A program made the position numbers and the translations under genes. From IMG/VR virus record IMGVR_UViG_3300050508_000301: a DNA stretch of 64,000 nucleotides; one strand, written 5' to 3'. Below are positions 36,706-46,467 of this stretch, piece after piece. This DNA is from an uncultured virus (IMG/VR IMGVR_UViG_3300050508_000301). Taxonomy: Duplodnaviria > Heunggongvirae > Uroviricota > Caudoviricetes. Within the stretch, counting starts at the first letter, position 1. Every line of letters starts with the position of its first letter. Below the pieces are notes generated by a model. The model was not told the origin of the DNA. It worked only from the letters and a program-made list of their open reading frames with translations, and did no database searches.

Positions 36706-37314
36706 CTAGCAGCGGTCGGCGGCCTCCCACACCATGTTCATGAACGCCTGGGCCGGTGCTTGCGGAGCGATGCCCTCTTCCCAGGGCGGCACGTTTAGGT
36801 GGACGCGATCGGCGGCCAGGTACTCCGGGTGCACGGCCACGACGAGCGACCAGTCAGCAACTTGGGTATGCGCTCGAGTGGCAGCGATGGTCTGAAGGTC
36901 CTTGCGCACCTGGGCGACGTGAGTTGAGTTGCGGGTATTGTCTGGCAGCACCACGACCACGCATGAGTTGGCGTGCGGAGCGTAGAGCAGGCGGAACAGG
37001 TCGGCCTTCTGGGTCTCGCCGTAGGGGTTGGGTTCGGCGTAGTTCTGCCCGTAGGCGAACACCCAGGTTGAAGCCGAGGTGGTAGCCCCGGCGACATCCT
37101 GCTCGACTCGGGGAAGTGAGTTGGCGGCCACGGTACCCGGGGCAACCTTGTTCTCGACATCGGCGTTTCGTAACTCGCCTCCGTACAGGATGCCTTGCCA
37201 GATCACGGAGTCGCCAGCGATGGCGTTTCGGTTGGGGACGGGTGGGGCCTTGACGGTCTGGCAGGCGGTAACGACTGCGAGAACCAGGCCCAGCATGATG
37301 GTTAGTTTCCTCAT
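36706..37314 (-). CDS. lipoprotein with SGNH-like esterase fold
   Basis: VTAC lipobox, GDSV, GQN, DRVH. Confidence 0.65.
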   Translation of the reverse strand: MRKLTIMLGLVLAVVTACQTVKAPPVPNRNAIAGDSVIWQGILYGGELRNADVENKVAPGTVAANSLPRVEQDVAGATTSASTWVFAYGQNYAEPNPYGETQKADLFRLLYAPHANSCVVVVLPDNTRNSTHVAQVRKDLQTIAATRAHTQVADWSLVVAVHPEYLAADRVHLNVPPWEEGIAPQAPAQAFMNMVWEAADRC

Positions 37315-37353
37315 GCCGACATTATAACACACAACATGACTACGTGTCAAGTA

Positions 37354-37620
37354 TCAGTAGTACCAGCCTGTTTCACCAAGCCACTTCGGGAAGCCTCGAC
37401 CAGGCGGGTTGGGCACTTCGTAAACAGTGAACAGCAGCTCAACTTGGATCTGCCTAGGTTTCATGTTCCGATATTGCGGGTACCGTCGACGCACCTGCTT
37501 GATCAGCAAGCCCTCCATGCGTTCGACGTCGTCAACACCACAAAACCGGATCCCGAGGCAAACCCCGGGGTCCTCCTCCGAACCCCGGGTGGTCGCCGCA
37601 ATCATCAGTAGTGTGTTCAT
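37354..37620 (-). CDS. hypothetical protein
   Basis: Operon ORF. Confidence 0.5.
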   Translation of the reverse strand: MNTLLMIAATTRGSEEDPGVCLGIRFCGVDDVERMEGLLIKQVRRRYPQYRNMKPRQIQVELLFTVYEVPNPPGRGFPKWLGETGWYY

Positions 37621-37623
37621 CCC

Positions 37624-38388
37624 TCATGCTCCCCACGGCAACCCGTGCTTGGAAGCACAGACCGGGCCGTAGCCAACTTCGGTGCTCTCGGGTGTATCGA
37701 TTGGAGTGGAGCAGAAGCAGCACCGCTCGAACATGTGACCGAACTCGGCTGCCTGCTCGGCAGTGATCTTGTTGTCGGGGTTCAGCTTGCTGATGGCGCC
37801 ACGGTCGTAATCGAATCGGGTGCCGTCCCACTTGCAAGCGTAGAGGTTGCCGCTGCCCTGGGCTTGATGGACCCGGTAGTACTCGCCATTCACGACGTGG
37901 ACGTCGCCCTTGACCAGCTCCGGCTTCGTGGGTTCGATGTGCGAGACCTTGACGGCGTTCGGCTGCTGCTTGAGGATGTCGATCATCGAGCTGGCGCCAC
38001 TGGCCGGATTGGGCAGGGTGTTCAGCGTGGCGACAATCTCGTCAGCATCGGCGTCGGGCGTCTTCTGCGCCAGCAGCGACCGCAGGAACGATTCCTGTCG
38101 CTCGCTCATCGGAGGCGGACCTTGCGCCTTGAGCAGCCGGTCGATGGTTTCGCTGGCGGTCGACTTGCTCATCGCCTCAGCATCGGCCTCGGCCACGCCC
38201 AGGCGGACCAGGAACGCCACCTGCTTGTCGGTGGCCCGGGGGCCTCGAGCGAGCGGGCTGGCCTCACGTTCCATCGTGTGGCGAGCGGCGAAGCCAACGC
38301 AGTCGTGGCTGAACACTTCGGCGAGGGTGTCGAACGCTCGGCCGCACTCACCGCAGGTTTCCTTCTCAGTGTCGGTGGTTGATGTCAT
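37624..38388 (-). CDS. DUF6011-like Zn-finger protein
   Basis: CCFC..S.EVGYGPVC; ATDKQ/MSERQ repeats; leaderless TTGACA-N18-TATAAT. Confidence 0.75.
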   Translation of the reverse strand: MTSTTDTEKETCGECGRAFDTLAEVFSHDCVGFAARHTMEREASPLARGPRATDKQVAFLVRLGVAEADAEAMSKSTASETIDRLLKAQGPPPMSERQESFLRSLLAQKTPDADADEIVATLNTLPNPASGASSMIDILKQQPNAVKVSHIEPTKPELVKGDVHVVNGEYYRVHQAQGSGNLYACKWDGTRFDYDRGAISKLNPDNKITAEQAAEFGHMFERCCFCSTPIDTPESTEVGYGPVCASKHGLPWGA

Positions 38389-38528
38389 ACCGACATTATA
38401 ACACGGTAGTTGACCCCGTGTCAAGGTACGCAGAAGCCGCCCCGCCGGTACACCCTGTCAACCCCACGTCAGACGTGTGCCCGGTTTATTCCGGAAGTGT
38501 GCCGACGGGACGGCTTACGTCCCAACAA

Positions 38529-38837
38529 TCAGAGATCGTCGGGAGTGACCTCGCCCGTGTCAGCCTCGGCCTCGCCGTTGGTTGCAGCCGGCTTGGCTTT
38601 CTTGGCTTTCTTGGGAGCGGGCTGCGGCCACTCGAACCCGTCGATCGTGTCCCGTGCGAGCTGGCGAGCTTCGTCGTCCAGCTGCTCATCTCGAACCGTG
38701 GCGTACAGCCTCGCCTTGAGCTGCGCATCGTGGCCCGGCATGAATCGGGATTTCTTGTGCTTCGGCGTGTTGCCGCAGCCGCAAAGGCAAGCTGCCCTCG
38801 GCTCCGCCTCAGCCTCAGCTGTCTTGGTGTCGGTCAC
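38529..38837 (-). CDS. CxCGC-PGHD Zn-finger protein 1
   Basis: CLCGCG..FMPGHDAQLK. Confidence 0.75.
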   Translation of the reverse strand: MTDTKTAEAEAEPRAACLCGCGNTPKHKKSRFMPGHDAQLKARLYATVRDEQLDDEARQLARDTIDGFEWPQPAPKKAKKAKPAATNGEAEADTGEVTPDDL

Positions 38838-38878
38838 TGATTACCTTCTCCTAGCTTGACGGGAGTTCGCCTCCCAGT

Positions 38879-39352
38879 CTAGCAGATTCGTTGCAAGTCC
38901 GCAAGTGCTGTTTCAACCGCATCCAGTTCTCGATCGGTGAACGGCTCATGCGTCGTATCGGTCCGGAGCCGCAGATCGGGATGCTTCAGCGTGGCGATTT
39001 TGAGAGCGTTCTCGGGCGTGATCGCAATCGCCCAGACCGTGCCTCTTCGGTACTGGTTAGTCCACTTCAGGACCTTGGCCGCCGCCTTCATAAGCTGTAG
39101 CAGCTCACCCGCCTTGATCTCAGGCTCTTTCGGTTTGCTCGGTTGCTTGGGCGGCCGAGCTGCGATCTCCCTTGCCTTGTCGAGAAACTTGGTCCAGCCT
39201 CGCTCCTCGAGGATTGCCTCCGCTTCCGGATTGCCGCCTGCTAGTGCTTCCTTGACCAGGTGACTCTTGTATTTGGCATCGTGCCCTGGTCGAAACTTCC
39301 CGCCTTTGGTGGTTTCACCGCATCCGCATATGCACTGTGGTTGATCTGCCAT
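38879..39352 (-). CDS. CxCGC-PGHD Zn-finger protein 2
   Basis: CICGCG..FRPGHDAKYK. Confidence 0.75.
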   Translation of the reverse strand: MADQPQCICGCGETTKGGKFRPGHDAKYKSHLVKEALAGGNPEAEAILEERGWTKFLDKAREIAARPPKQPSKPKEPEIKAGELLQLMKAAAKVLKWTNQYRRGTVWAIAITPENALKIATLKHPDLRLRTDTTHEPFTDRELDAVETALADLQRIC

Positions 39353-39354
39353 GC

Positions 39355-40637
39355 TCACATCCTAGCACACGTGTCAAGTCGTTTCCCAGGCTTGCGTGCG
39401 CCGTTGTATGCGTAGTCATGCCAGGACGCATAGAACGGTTGGACAGTTGCTAGACATTGAGGGTGGTACCCTGGTGGGTACTCCGAGAGGGTTTCTACGG
39501 GGTAGCTGACTCGCTCACCGCAGTAGCACACCAGCTCAAAGGTTGTCAACATCGATCCACCCGAACGCCAGGCCGGCGATCACGATCACGCACACGACCA
39601 GAACGATCAGCAGACCCGCTTCACGCCACATCAGCCGGAATCTCTGCGTCGACCACCGGGTGTTCCCCCGTGTAGCGCTTGATGAGCTTCTGATCGTGCG
39701 GACGGTCAACAAACCAATACCGCAGGCTCAATCGTCGACGGACAGCACGCCACCCCCGCAGGAAACCGACGAACGAGTCAGGAAGTTCGTTGAACCCCTT
39801 AATGGTCATCTCCTGGGTGAAATGCCAACACTTGACGCAGACCGTGGTTGCATTCGGAAGCACCACGTGGTGGACCGCATCGCCCATCTCTTTGTGGCAC
39901 AGCGGGCAATGAGTCGGGATATTGATGGCAATGCTCATGACTTGGATCCCCTCCGGCGACCTCGAGTGGGTCGACCTCGCTTGCGATGCTTGGTAGCCGT
40001 CTTGCCGGTGTATACCCTACACCCAGGCCCTTCGCACCGATTGCCTTTCTGGCACTTTGCGTGGAAATCCGCAGCGTGGTAGTCGTTGTACGGATTCCCC
40101 GCCATCGGGCCTGGCACTACACCCGCCCCCGGAGAGTAGCGATCTCGGCTTGCGCCTGCGCAATCACCCGCTCCTGGTCCTGCTCACGAACCTTCATAGG
40201 GCTGAAATCGCCGAACTGATAGCGGATCAGCTGCTGTTCCCGTCGCCGTAGAGCTGCGAGCTGACGACGGTGACGACCGTGCCGGACACCGTAGCGCTCT
40301 CGAGCTGCCTCGTTGGGTCCGCTCGTCTCGTGTCGACGAGAAAACCACCCCTTCGGCTTAGTGGGCGCCTTGCCTTGGCCACCCATATGCCCGGTCATTC
40401 GTCCTCCTCCTCCGCCAACACGGCGACCACGTAATTGTGCAGCCGTTCGGCTCCTCGTCGGATATCTTGAACTGCCTGGATCGGATTCCGGGTCATCCCG
40501 GCCACCAACCCTTCGTGAATGCTGCGCAAGGTGGGCGCCAGGATGTCGTCCACTTCCTCGTTGCTATATGCCATAGATTGCGACCTCATCAGCGTGGCCC
40601 GGAGCCGCCTCACTCCGGGAACGCTGGGAGACCACAC
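39355..40637 (-). other. five small hypothetical genes (39355-39552, 39621-39938, 39935-40117, 40117-40398, 40395-~40572)
   Basis: Coupled minus-strand ORFs. Confidence 0.55.
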
Positions 40638-41210
40638 TCACCCGATCTCGAGCTTGTTGCTGTCTCGAGGGAAGGTGTAGTCCTTCGGTTGGGTGTTCTT
40701 GCCGATGACCCGAACCGTGACCTCGGCGTCAGTCTCGCTGACGATGTGGCCTTCCTTCCACCAGCGGCCGACCTTGACCTTGGCGGGATGGAACCCGGCG
40801 ACCTCGGTCGGCTGCAGGGTCTCGGGGTCGAGTTCGCCCCGATCCCCGGCGAAGACCTCTCGTGGATCGGTTGACTCGGGATCCTCGTCGGGCTTGTTGA
40901 CGTCCTTGACCTTAGGCGCCTTCGGCTTGGCAGCGGTCATGAAGTGACCCCAGCCCCGTTCCTTGGCGAGCGCCACCGGGTCCTTGGTGACCAGCGAGCC
41001 GCCGTCATCGAAGGTGAAGCCCTCGCCCGCACGGAACGCCTTCAGCAGGGCGGACTTGAACTTGGCGTCGTGGCCCGGCTTGAAGGTCCGCCGCTTCGGG
41101 ATCGTCAAGCCGCACGAGCGGTGGATCTTCAGCTCGCTGCCTTCGTCATCCGTGGTGACCTCGACGACGGAGTAGCACTTGCACTGGTTGAAAACTGGAG
41201 TGTCGGTCAT
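40638..41210 (-). CDS. PGHD Zn-finger protein 3 (frame stays open upstream to 41468)
   Basis: CKC..CG..FKPGHDAKFK; promoter TTGACA-N17-TATAAT at 41242-41270. Confidence 0.72.
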   Translation of the reverse strand: MTDTPVFNQCKCYSVVEVTTDDEGSELKIHRSCGLTIPKRRTFKPGHDAKFKSALLKAFRAGEGFTFDDGGSLVTKDPVALAKERGWGHFMTAAKPKAPKVKDVNKPDEDPESTDPREVFAGDRGELDPETLQPTEVAGFHPAKVKVGRWWKEGHIVSETDAEVTVRVIGKNTQPKDYTFPRDSNKLEIG

Positions 41211-41467
41211 GGCTGACTTCCTTTCGTTGTCCTCCATGACCATTATATCATGTCCGTGACTTGGTGTCAAGTCCCCATTCCTAAGATCTTCATCCGTCCA
41301 GGCCAGACCGAGCGCCTCCTCGAGCGTGCCGGCGAAACCCACCGTTTCGACAGGTATAGTCCGATGAACTACCTTCCATCGACCATGCTCCGAGGAGGAG
41401 ACAGCCGATACAAGGTAGTTCCCGGACCTGTAGAGCCAGCGGCTTACTTTCTCGAACTCTTCTGCCA

Positions 41468-41926
41468 TCAGCCTGCCTTGGCGGTCTCGATGACCCGACG
41501 GAAACCGACTTGCTCGGTCAGGTCGTGGGTGTGGATGCAGGTACCGCACAGCCAACCAGCGTCGCTGGCGTCGATCCACCGGCCCTGGCCGACGGCCTCG
41601 GGGCAGCTCCAATGGCTGTGGCTGACGCTAGCCTCGTCGGTGACCACACCGATCAGGCTGTCGGCGTGGCGAGTCTCGACGAAGCGCCCGCGGTGTCGGC
41701 TACGGACGGGGACGCTGGCGACGATCTCCATCGGCAGGAAATGGCCCCAACCCTTCTCGACCATCGTGACCACGGCGAATTCACGGACCCACCAGCGGGA
41801 ATCCCGGGCCTGGCTCAACAGACGACCCTTGAGCCGACCGTCGTGACCAGGACGAAACCGTCGGGCGACTCGCTCGCCGCAGCCGCATTCGCACTGCTTG
41901 ACTTGCTGGGTCCCGGTCTCTTGCAT
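41468..41926 (-). CDS. CxCGC-PGHD Zn-finger protein 4
   Basis: CECGCG..FRPGHDGRLK; leaderless promoter. Confidence 0.75.
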   Translation of the reverse strand: MQETGTQQVKQCECGCGERVARRFRPGHDGRLKGRLLSQARDSRWWVREFAVVTMVEKGWGHFLPMEIVASVPVRSRHRGRFVETRHADSLIGVVTDEASVSHSHWSCPEAVGQGRWIDASDAGWLCGTCIHTHDLTEQVGFRRVIETAKAG

Positions 41927-41957
41927 GTTTCCATCGTAACACGTCCTTGTCTCGGAG

Positions 41958-43307
41958 TCAAGGTTTAAACCCCCTCCGAGCTGCAAGCTGGAACCCTGTG
42001 ATCGCTAAATCGGTGTCCTCGGTCTTGGCCTTCAACAACTCTACGAGTTCGGCGTCCACCGTATTCTTCGTAACCAAGTCAATAGCCAGTGTCGGGCGAT
42101 CCTGACCAAACCGTCGAACACGCCTGCGAGCCTGACTATTAACAAAAGGACGGGGGCTTCTCTCAACAAATATGCAACAATCGGCCCTGGTAAGTGTAAC
42201 ACCCTCAGATAGTGTACCAACGGTCCCCACCAGAACATCGTATTTGCCTTCCTTAAAACCTCGGATCGTGGCCTGACGATCGTTCATCGAATACGCTGAA
42301 GACACCACCCCGACCGAGCGTTTCATCGAGACCAGGAGACGTCCCAAGGCCTCGGCTGTGTTCTTGTAGGCGCAGAACATGATGGTAGGATGAGTGCGCT
42401 CCGCCATCAACTCCCGGACCACATCGAGCTTACACGAGCCGGTCTCATCCAGATCGAGGGTCGACAACCCGGTCGAACACTGCAGCAGCTTCTGGTATTT
42501 GCCGCCGTCGTTCCAAGACACCACCTCCGTGCCCGTCTCCTGAAGGACAGCGAACCAGTCTTCCTCGAGCCGCCGGTATACCGACATTTGCTTAGGCACC
42601 ATGTCCAGCTCGATGGTCTGGCTAGTCATCGGAGGCAGGTCCGGCAGTACCTCGTCAAACGTACGCCTTAGCCAGCGGTCGGCTAGGCCCCACTCCTGCG
42701 CTGCCTGCTCCCAGGTAAATCCCCGCTGCAACCCGGTAATCTTCGTGCCGCCCCATGGCGGTTTCCAGGTACGGAAGTACTCGTAGACCCAGTTCCAGTA
42801 GTTGGTGAATCGCTTGTCCCCGGGGTGGATCAAGCGCAGGAACATGAAGATCTCGTGCGCCCAGTTAGGAAGTGGCGTCCCAGTTGCTAAATAGATCCGG
42901 TCGCTCTTAAGCTTGGTCGAAACTACCTTGGTCCAAACAGTGCCTCGAGCCTTCAGGTAGTGGGCCTCGTCGCAGATGATCGTATCCCACCGACGAGCCA
43001 GATCCTCCCGTGGAGCCGCCACGACGTTGTAGATCGGGTTGCCGGTCTTGGATACCTCACCGGTAGGGACCCGCTTACACACACTAGAATAGGACCCCCA
43101 GGTGATCTCAGCGTCGGGATGCCACAGCTCGATCTCTTCGTCCCACACGTCCGAAAGAGCGGCCGGCGATAGGACTAGGGTTCGACCTTGGGCGGCCAAC
43201 AGAAGCTGATTGGTCTTACCAACACCTGGCTCATCAGCCAGCACTGCTCGTCCTGCGTCTAGCAGGAATCGGCTACCGGCAGCCTGGTATGGTCGTTGTA
43301 CGGGCAC
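41958..43307 (-). CDS. SNF2-like SF2 helicase
   Basis: RPYQ, LADEPGVGKT, DEAH, TGTP, EGVTL, QARRRVRRFGQ. Confidence 0.9.
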   Translation of the reverse strand: MPVQRPYQAAGSRFLLDAGRAVLADEPGVGKTNQLLLAAQGRTLVLSPAALSDVWDEEIELWHPDAEITWGSYSSVCKRVPTGEVSKTGNPIYNVVAAPREDLARRWDTIICDEAHYLKARGTVWTKVVSTKLKSDRIYLATGTPLPNWAHEIFMFLRLIHPGDKRFTNYWNWVYEYFRTWKPPWGGTKITGLQRGFTWEQAAQEWGLADRWLRRTFDEVLPDLPPMTSQTIELDMVPKQMSVYRRLEEDWFAVLQETGTEVVSWNDGGKYQKLLQCSTGLSTLDLDETGSCKLDVVRELMAERTHPTIMFCAYKNTAEALGRLLVSMKRSVGVVSSAYSMNDRQATIRGFKEGKYDVLVGTVGTLSEGVTLTRADCCIFVERSPRPFVNSQARRRVRRFGQDRPTLAIDLVTKNTVDAELVELLKAKTEDTDLAITGFQLAARRGFKP

Positions 43308-43311
43308 GAGA

Positions 43312-43557
43312 TCACGAAGCGACTGGTTCGACCGACCTAGAGAAGATATTCTTCTGCAACCATTGGCCCGACGCATGAGCGCTGCGCTCGATCGCACTCA
43401 GCCAATCGAGGATCTCGTCGCAACTCAAATCATAGGCTCGGATAGTAGCAATAACGGTAGACAGCCCTGGTTTTCGCTCACCGTTGCGAAGCCGGGATGC
43501 CATGGTGAAGTGCAGTCCAACGGAGTCTGCAAAGTCGGAGTTGGTTATCGTGGTCAT
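43312..43557 (-). CDS. HTH DNA-binding protein
   Basis: NSDFADSVGLHFTMASRLRNGERKP. Confidence 0.8.
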   Translation of the reverse strand: MTTITNSDFADSVGLHFTMASRLRNGERKPGLSTVIATIRAYDLSCDEILDWLSAIERSAHASGQWLQKNIFSRSVEPVAS

Positions 43558-43595
43558 TTGCTAAGTACCAGTGTACTATAGCGTTTGCCTCTCGG

Positions 43596-44663
43596 TCAAG
43601 AGGCTACTGCTGGTAACCCTTGGTTCAGGCGCCATGCGCCTTCCCAGGTTTCCCACCACCGCCAGGCATGTTCCTCGATTGTGAACTGTGCCGCCATCGC
43701 CCTCGCAGCTTCCGAATGTTCCGTACGGAAGGCATCATTTACCAGCAGTCGGCGGACCACAGAAGTCCAAGCTCGACTCTTGTTCGGGACCACAAACCCA
43801 CCGCCAAGCTCCTGCAAACTGCGATACTCCGAGGTGTTGGAAGCTACGAATGGGACGCCTACCGCTGCGTACTCGAGCGGCTTAAGCCATGATTTGGACC
43901 GGTTAAAGGCAGTGTCCGCCAGGGGAGCTGCACCTACCGCCAAGGTGGCGACGTGGTCCATCCAGTCATCGAACTCGACCGTACCGGGACCTTCGGGGTC
44001 ACGATCCAAACCCAAGGCTCGGCCTGTGCCGTCGGGAGGTCCAATGATCCGGAAGGGAAAGCCTTCCTTCTGGAGGATGCTAGCGGTAACGCCGAGGAGA
44101 GGGAGGTCATCAGGGTGCGACTGCAAAGCGCCTGCCCAACCCCAGTGCGGCTCGAGGTCATCCGGCCGTTCGATCTTCAAGAATCGTTCGGGGACACAGT
44201 TCCGTAGGATTCGGGCGTTGTTATATTTGCTGTAGCGTTCCATCAGCTGCGGTGTCGACACTGTTACCAAGGTCGCAAGCTTACAGGCCTCGGTGGCGAT
44301 CCGCCAGTTGTTGCTTGGTGACCACTTCGGGTGCAGCATCCGGAAAGCAGCGTTCGAGGGATGAATGCAGGTGAGGTCGTCGTCCATGTCGACCACCACC
44401 GCCTTACCACGCCCACGCAACAGTCGGATGAGGTCGTACGCCAGGATGTTGGTGGGTCGCTGGAACACGAAGACATCGACATCATCGGTCTGGTCAGTGA
44501 TGGTAGCGATCCGGCCACTGAGAATCACGCCACCGATGCCTGACGCTTCGCCTGGTAGGATGACCTCGCTGTCGTATCCCTGGTCGGTGAGCGCCTGGCC
44601 AGGCCAGATCATCCGGTAATGCCCACAGCCCCATTTATCTGCTGGGTAGACCTTTACTCTCAT
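43596..44663 (-). CDS. GT-B glycosyltransferase
   Basis: GCGHYR, DMDDD, VSTPQL, GWAG, FNRSKSWLKPLEY. Confidence 0.85.
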   Translation of the reverse strand: MRVKVYPADKWGCGHYRMIWPGQALTDQGYDSEVILPGEASGIGGVILSGRIATITDQTDDVDVFVFQRPTNILAYDLIRLLRGRGKAVVVDMDDDLTCIHPSNAAFRMLHPKWSPSNNWRIATEACKLATLVTVSTPQLMERYSKYNNARILRNCVPERFLKIERPDDLEPHWGWAGALQSHPDDLPLLGVTASILQKEGFPFRIIGPPDGTGRALGLDRDPEGPGTVEFDDWMDHVATLAVGAAPLADTAFNRSKSWLKPLEYAAVGVPFVASNTSEYRSLQELGGGFVVPNKSRAWTSVVRRLLVNDAFRTEHSEAARAMAAQFTIEEHAWRWWETWEGAWRLNQGLPAVAS

Positions 44664-45358
44664 GCGCCTAGCTCCGGTAGGATGCCTTTATCGAAAACAG
44701 TCAGGGTGCGTCGGTGATCAGCGCCGCCCAGCAGCTGAATGTCCATGCCGTTGACCACCTCAGTTACTTGAACCTGTAGATCGTAGTCATCGGTCGTGGC
44801 TGGCACGTAGTAAACTGTGCTGTCGATGACCTGCTGTGCCGTGCCGACGACACCAGGACTTAGCTGCCATATCCGATCCCAGTTCGAACCATTCACGTTT
44901 AGGCGGACCTCCCATCGTGCGCCCGCCACTACACTAGCTGTGTTGACCAGAGCGTGTGTGTGGATGCCATATGTGTGGCTGCCAACTAACGGCACATCGA
45001 GCAGCTGCATATCTGTGATGTTAGACACAGTGCGTAGCGAATCATCCACCTCGAGGATTTGTTGGCGGATCGGCCCCTGCGGCTCGATCACCCCGACGAT
45101 CAACGCCTGGTGGGGTGGTGCAAAAAATACAGTGACTCGAGAACCAGCGTTCAACGCAATACCGCTGGTAACATCGTGGCACGGGATGCTGAAAGCATCG
45201 CCGTCCATAACCACATCGTGGATACTGGGCGCCGATAGCGGAGTTACAATAGTGCCATGACGAACGAGCGGCTGCACCATCGAGGCTAGTGCCCTCTGAA
45301 CCGCCACCTCCGCAGCGGTTTCAATAAGACTAACCAGGCTCGAATCGACTACACTCAC
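44660..45358 (-). CDS. minor tail protein
   Basis: Position at the end of the tail module; beta-rich. Confidence 0.6.
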   Translation of the reverse strand: MSVVDSSLVSLIETAAEVAVQRALASMVQPLVRHGTIVTPLSAPSIHDVVMDGDAFSIPCHDVTSGIALNAGSRVTVFFAPPHQALIVGVIEPQGPIRQQILEVDDSLRTVSNITDMQLLDVPLVGSHTYGIHTHALVNTASVVAGARWEVRLNVNGSNWDRIWQLSPGVVGTAQQVIDSTVYYVPATTDDYDLQVQVTEVVNGMDIQLLGGADHRRTLTVFDKGILPELGA

Positions 45359-46467
45359 GGCGAGAACACCTCGCCTGGCTCAGCTTCATAGGTGCGTCGC
45401 ACGTTGTGCTGCATGGGCATGCCGTCCCGACAGGCCATAGACCACGACAATTCGAGGTATCGGGTACCCTCGTAGTCAATCACGTTGTAGGTGTCGTGGC
45501 GGGGATCGGGTGGGCCGGAGAATTGAACGGTTTCGTAGGGGAATTGCCAGCTACGGGCGAGCGCTCGAGCTGCCAGAGCGGCATCATCATTCGTATCGAT
45601 CCCCTGCATCTGCTCGACGTGCGCACGAACGTAGCCTCGGTTTGCGGCCGAGTGAGGCGCTGAATCCGGTATGTCGTAGACTCCGTAGACTGAAGCTTGA
45701 GTCGCACCGTTGTTGACGACCACGAAACGATTGGGCAAGTCGAGTAAGTTGGTGGTCTTGGTGGTCAATCCGAGGTAGGTGCGACCACCCATCGGGTAAT
45801 CGATCACCACGTCCTCGGCAGCCGTCTCCGGGTTGGGCATCAAGTGCAACTGGGCTACGCCTGCGTTATCGAAATAAAGTTCGTGGTAGCCGATCATCGC
45901 TGCTAGCTCGTTGACGATGCGAAGGCGGCTAGTGCCAGCGGGCCAAGCGATCGCTTCCTGCGATGACGAGATAACGGCACCAGAACTATCAACCACGAAT
46001 TGAATCGGCAGTTCACTCAGCAGCTCGATAATGGCGTCGGTGATTCGTTTACCGGGACTATAGGCGATTGTCCGGTCAGTCTGCTGGTCAACGATTAAGG
46101 ATTGGTCGACGAGGTTCAGCGCAGGGACTGACAGAACGGTATCATCCATCGAGCTGAGGATAACCGCCGTAACCTCGGAGAACAGGAAAACGCCCTGGGG
46201 CTTCTCAGTACCATCGTGAAACAGCATGGTCAACCCGAGACGATCCTGAATAACATCGATGTCGTTGATGACGTCGGGGGTCAGCTGCAGTCCGGTGAGA
46301 GTCCGTTTGGTGGCTTTCGACGTATCAACCGACAGCTGCGGGGGTTGATCCCGGTTTACCTGGAGAGACGCCTGAATGACCTGGCGGCTCTGGTCGAGTA
46401 GATCAAAGCGCCAGGATGCCGCACGTTGCGACACCGCCAACATGTCCAGCAGGACATCAGACACCAA
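45355..46467 (-). CDS. minor tail / tail-tip hub protein
   Basis: Position; FDNAG, PNRFVVV, PDPRHD. Confidence 0.7.
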   Translation of the reverse strand: MVSDVLLDMLAVSQRAASWRFDLLDQSRQVIQASLQVNRDQPPQLSVDTSKATKRTLTGLQLTPDVINDIDVIQDRLGLTMLFHDGTEKPQGVFLFSEVTAVILSSMDDTVLSVPALNLVDQSLIVDQQTDRTIAYSPGKRITDAIIELLSELPIQFVVDSSGAVISSSQEAIAWPAGTSRLRIVNELAAMIGYHELYFDNAGVAQLHLMPNPETAAEDVVIDYPMGGRTYLGLTTKTTNLLDLPNRFVVVNNGATQASVYGVYDIPDSAPHSAANRGYVRAHVEQMQGIDTNDDAALAARALARSWQFPYETVQFSGPPDPRHDTYNVIDYEGTRYLELSWSMACRDGMPMQHNVRRTYEAEPGEVFSP

